The translations under genes and the position numbers were made by a program. A DNA stretch of 64,000 bases from Spirochaetia bacterium (GTDB lineage: Bacteria; Spirochaetota; Spirochaetia; SZUA-6; Bin103): the NCBI GenBank assembly GCA_965203905.1, contig CBDBDQ010000005.1:7648001-7712000 (forward strand), in the 5' to 3' direction. Below are positions 61,912 to 64,000 of the stretch, in pieces. The first letter of the stretch is position 1, and every line of letters begins with the position of its first letter. A model generated the notes under the pieces. The model saw only the letters and a program-made list of their open reading frames with translations. It had not been told where the DNA came from and searched no databases.

Positions 61912-62891
61912 ATGGCGAAGCTTCCTGATCGCGGGCACGACGAGGCGGTGCGCAAGGCACTGCTGCGCGCCGACCCGCTGCTGTCGCGCTACGACCCGTT
62001 GGAACGGCTGCTGATGCACTGCGACTTCGACGCGGGCATCCACGGCTGGCAGACCTACTTCCCCGACTACGACGGCTCCTCCGACTATCCGGACCGCGAT
62101 CCCCACTTCCAACCGCTCGACCAGATGCTCGCCCAGTCGCGCACCGATCCGAGCATGCGGGTCGACCGGCGCGCCCCCACCGGCGTGCGCGGGGTGCCGA
62201 TGCTGAGCACGCTCACCTCCTGGGACGTCGGCGCCTCCGGCAGCTTCCGCGGCACCTACGCGCTGAAGATTCCCACCGCGCCGCTGGCCGGCACGCACAG
62301 TTGGGCGCTACGCCGGGTCACCTCGCCGTGGCGCGGCAAGGTGCGCTTCGAGTGCTACTTCACCTACAAGGCAGAGCCATCCGACTTCCGGCTCGGCGAA
62401 CCTGGACGTGCGCAGCGTGTTCCTCAGCGTGGACGCCATGGGACCTGGGCAACGTGCGCGGCGCGGCGCAGGCTCCGGTGCGCTGGTGGCCGTCGGTGCG
62501 CTATCACAACGCCCAGGACGGCAAGCTGATCCAGCGCTGGCAGGCCAACTTCAGCGGCTCCAAGGGCACCAAGGACGGTCCCTTCACCGACCTGGAGGAC
62601 GGCTACCAGGAACTGGGCTTCAACCGCTCGCCGACCAAGTACCAGTGGCACTACCTGCGCTTTACCTTCGACACCGCCCGCCACGAGTACGTCGACCTGC
62701 ACTGCCACGGCCAGGAGTTCGACGTAGCCGGGCGCCGGCACGTGTTCGACCCGCCGCTTACCGGCTTCCGCGCCTCGACCGAGCGTTGCGCCGGCCTGCT
62801 GAACTTCGGCATCGGCATCGAGACCAACACCGACAAGCGCTGCTTCCTCTACCTCGACTCCATCGTCGTGTCGGTGGAGCCGGTCCGGTAG
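61912..62891 (+). CDS. DUF6772-like hypothetical protein (frameshifted near 62400-62450)
   Basis: DFDAGIHGW, YALKIPT, FECYFTYK, WHYLRFTFD, LYLDSIVVS; family name from recall. Confidence 0.55.
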
Positions 62892-62909
62892 TCCGTGACC
62901 GCGCCCGCG

Positions 62910-62960
62910 AGCCAAGGTCGGGATGGTGAGCAATAACCGCCGGATGATATAGGTACGCAT
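62910..62960 (-). pseudogene. DppB N-terminal micro-fragment
   Basis: MRTYIIRRLLLTIPTL. Confidence 0.7.
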
Positions 62961-63112
62961 TGAGGGCGGGCAGGCGGGACAGTGGCGGTTCATGGCCCGG
63001 CAATATCGACGCCATCCCGATCCTGGTGCGCCACACGTGGAGTGACGACGCCGGCACCGAGCTGGAGATCCGAACGACCGCCGACGGCGCACGCAGCGCG
63101 CATGCGAACCGG

Positions 63113-63398
63113 TTATTCGAAGATCGTCGCAAGACGGGCAAGTACGTCGTCCATGATCTGTTCGGGAACCGCGTCGACGTGCATCCCCATTCCGAGCGCC
63201 GACATCGAGTGCACGAGGCTGGTCGCATCGGATCACCCCGGTGGTTCGCGTGCCTGCGCCTTGGAGGGAAACGGCAAATCCACGCCTGCGGGCATAGCTT
63301 CCACCCCTGGTGATCGGCACTACCACCGGTGTCCTGGTCAGCTTGTTGAACGACCCGGGTGAGACGATCAGTACCGGCCGAGTGCCCTGTTGACGGTG
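63113..63398 (-). pseudogene. PemK/MazF toxin, 5'-truncated and frameshifted
   Basis: QQGTRPVLIVSP...VVPIT.GG..AR..GFAV...GVIRCDQPRALD...IMDDVLARLATIFE*. Confidence 0.8.
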
Positions 63399-63430
63399 AA
63401 GTCGATCTGGGGAGGATCAGTCAGCGCCTG

Positions 63431-63484
63431 ATCTACGCGCGCCTCTGGATTGATAGTGAGCTGAAGGAAGAGATGGGTCAGTAG
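63431..63484 (+). pseudogene. C-terminal scrap of a third family-5 SBP
   Basis: IYARLWIDSELKEEMGQ* matches both SBP C-termini. Confidence 0.75.
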
Positions 63485-63505
63485 TCGCCTGAGCTTAGGG
63501 GAAAA

Positions 63506-63548
63506 GGAAGCCGGGAGGCTGTCGCCTGCAGGCGCGCTTCCCGGCTCC
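63506..63548 (+). terminator. Intercistronic stem-loop after the SBP scrap
   Basis: GGAAGCCGGGAGGC...GCTTCCCGGCTCC. Confidence 0.5.
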
Positions 63549-63559
63549 CCACACAAACA

Positions 63560-63593
63560 TGTCATTGCGAGGAACGTTAGCGACGAAGCAATC
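63560..63593. repeat. REP-like palindromic element
   Basis: TGTCATTGCGAGG...GCGACGAAGCAATC, resembling the widespread GTCATTGCGAG/GAAGCAATC repeat. Confidence 0.55.
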
Positions 63594-63628
63594 CCGTTGA
63601 CGGCGGAAATCGCGATGAGGCGGATCCC

Positions 63629-64000
63629 ATGAGAGCCTATATCATCAGGCGATTATTGCTGATGGGTCCCACACCTGTTGCTATTGACCATCGTGGTCTT
63701 TCTCTCGGTGCGCTTCATCCCCGGCGATGTCATCGACGCCATGGTGGGCCGCATGGATCAGTCCGCTACAAATATAGACCGGGAAGCGCTCGAGCATCTG
63801 CTCGGATTGGACGTGCCGGTCTGGGTGCAATATGGAAGGTGGTTGGGAGGTGTTTTCCTGCACGGCAGCCTTGGCGAATCACTGATGGGCCGTGGGGCGG
63901 TAGAGGAGCGGATAGTCGCAAGGCTGCCGGTCACCCTCGAGCTGGGTGTCCTCGCAATCCTCATTAGCCTGGTGATCGCGATGCCCGTTGGCATCTATTC
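63629..64000 (+). CDS. DppB-type permease (frameshift near 63670; runs off the window)
   Basis: MRAYIIRRLLL...RFIPGDVID...RLPVTLELG. Confidence 0.85.

Overview
High-GC bacterial window that looks like a host-associated heterotroph. The spirochaete-style SBP signal peptides, three PhyH paralogues and many TA modules resemble sponge-symbiont MAGs, but that assignment is inference only. The window has no rRNA, tRNA, CRISPR array, integrase or intact transposase that I can support. It carries catabolic enzymes (PhyH/TauD dioxygenases, dehydrogenases, GH32, GHL10, a single-chain acyl-CoA carboxylase cluster, a PLP decarboxylase), four ABC importer clusters without ATPase genes, a dozen or so intact or broken toxin-antitoxin modules and many gene fragments. 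The main unexplained signal is a collinear ~530-nt region conserved upstream of both diverged Dpp/Opp-type SBP operons (28617-29152 minus; 39206-39736 plus). Each copy has a sigma70-like promoter, a short leader ORF starting MxMxRHDDxQR that contains an exact C9 homopolymer, and conserved stem-loops that could sequester the SBP ribosome-binding site. This is a candidate undescribed leader-peptide/structured-RNA (possibly phase-variable) control system. A second candidate is a coupled excisionase-HTH/HEAT gene plus a putative ADP-ribosyltransferase-fold gene, present once intact and once as a remnant next to AbiEi DNA. Many frameshifts may be long-read errors.
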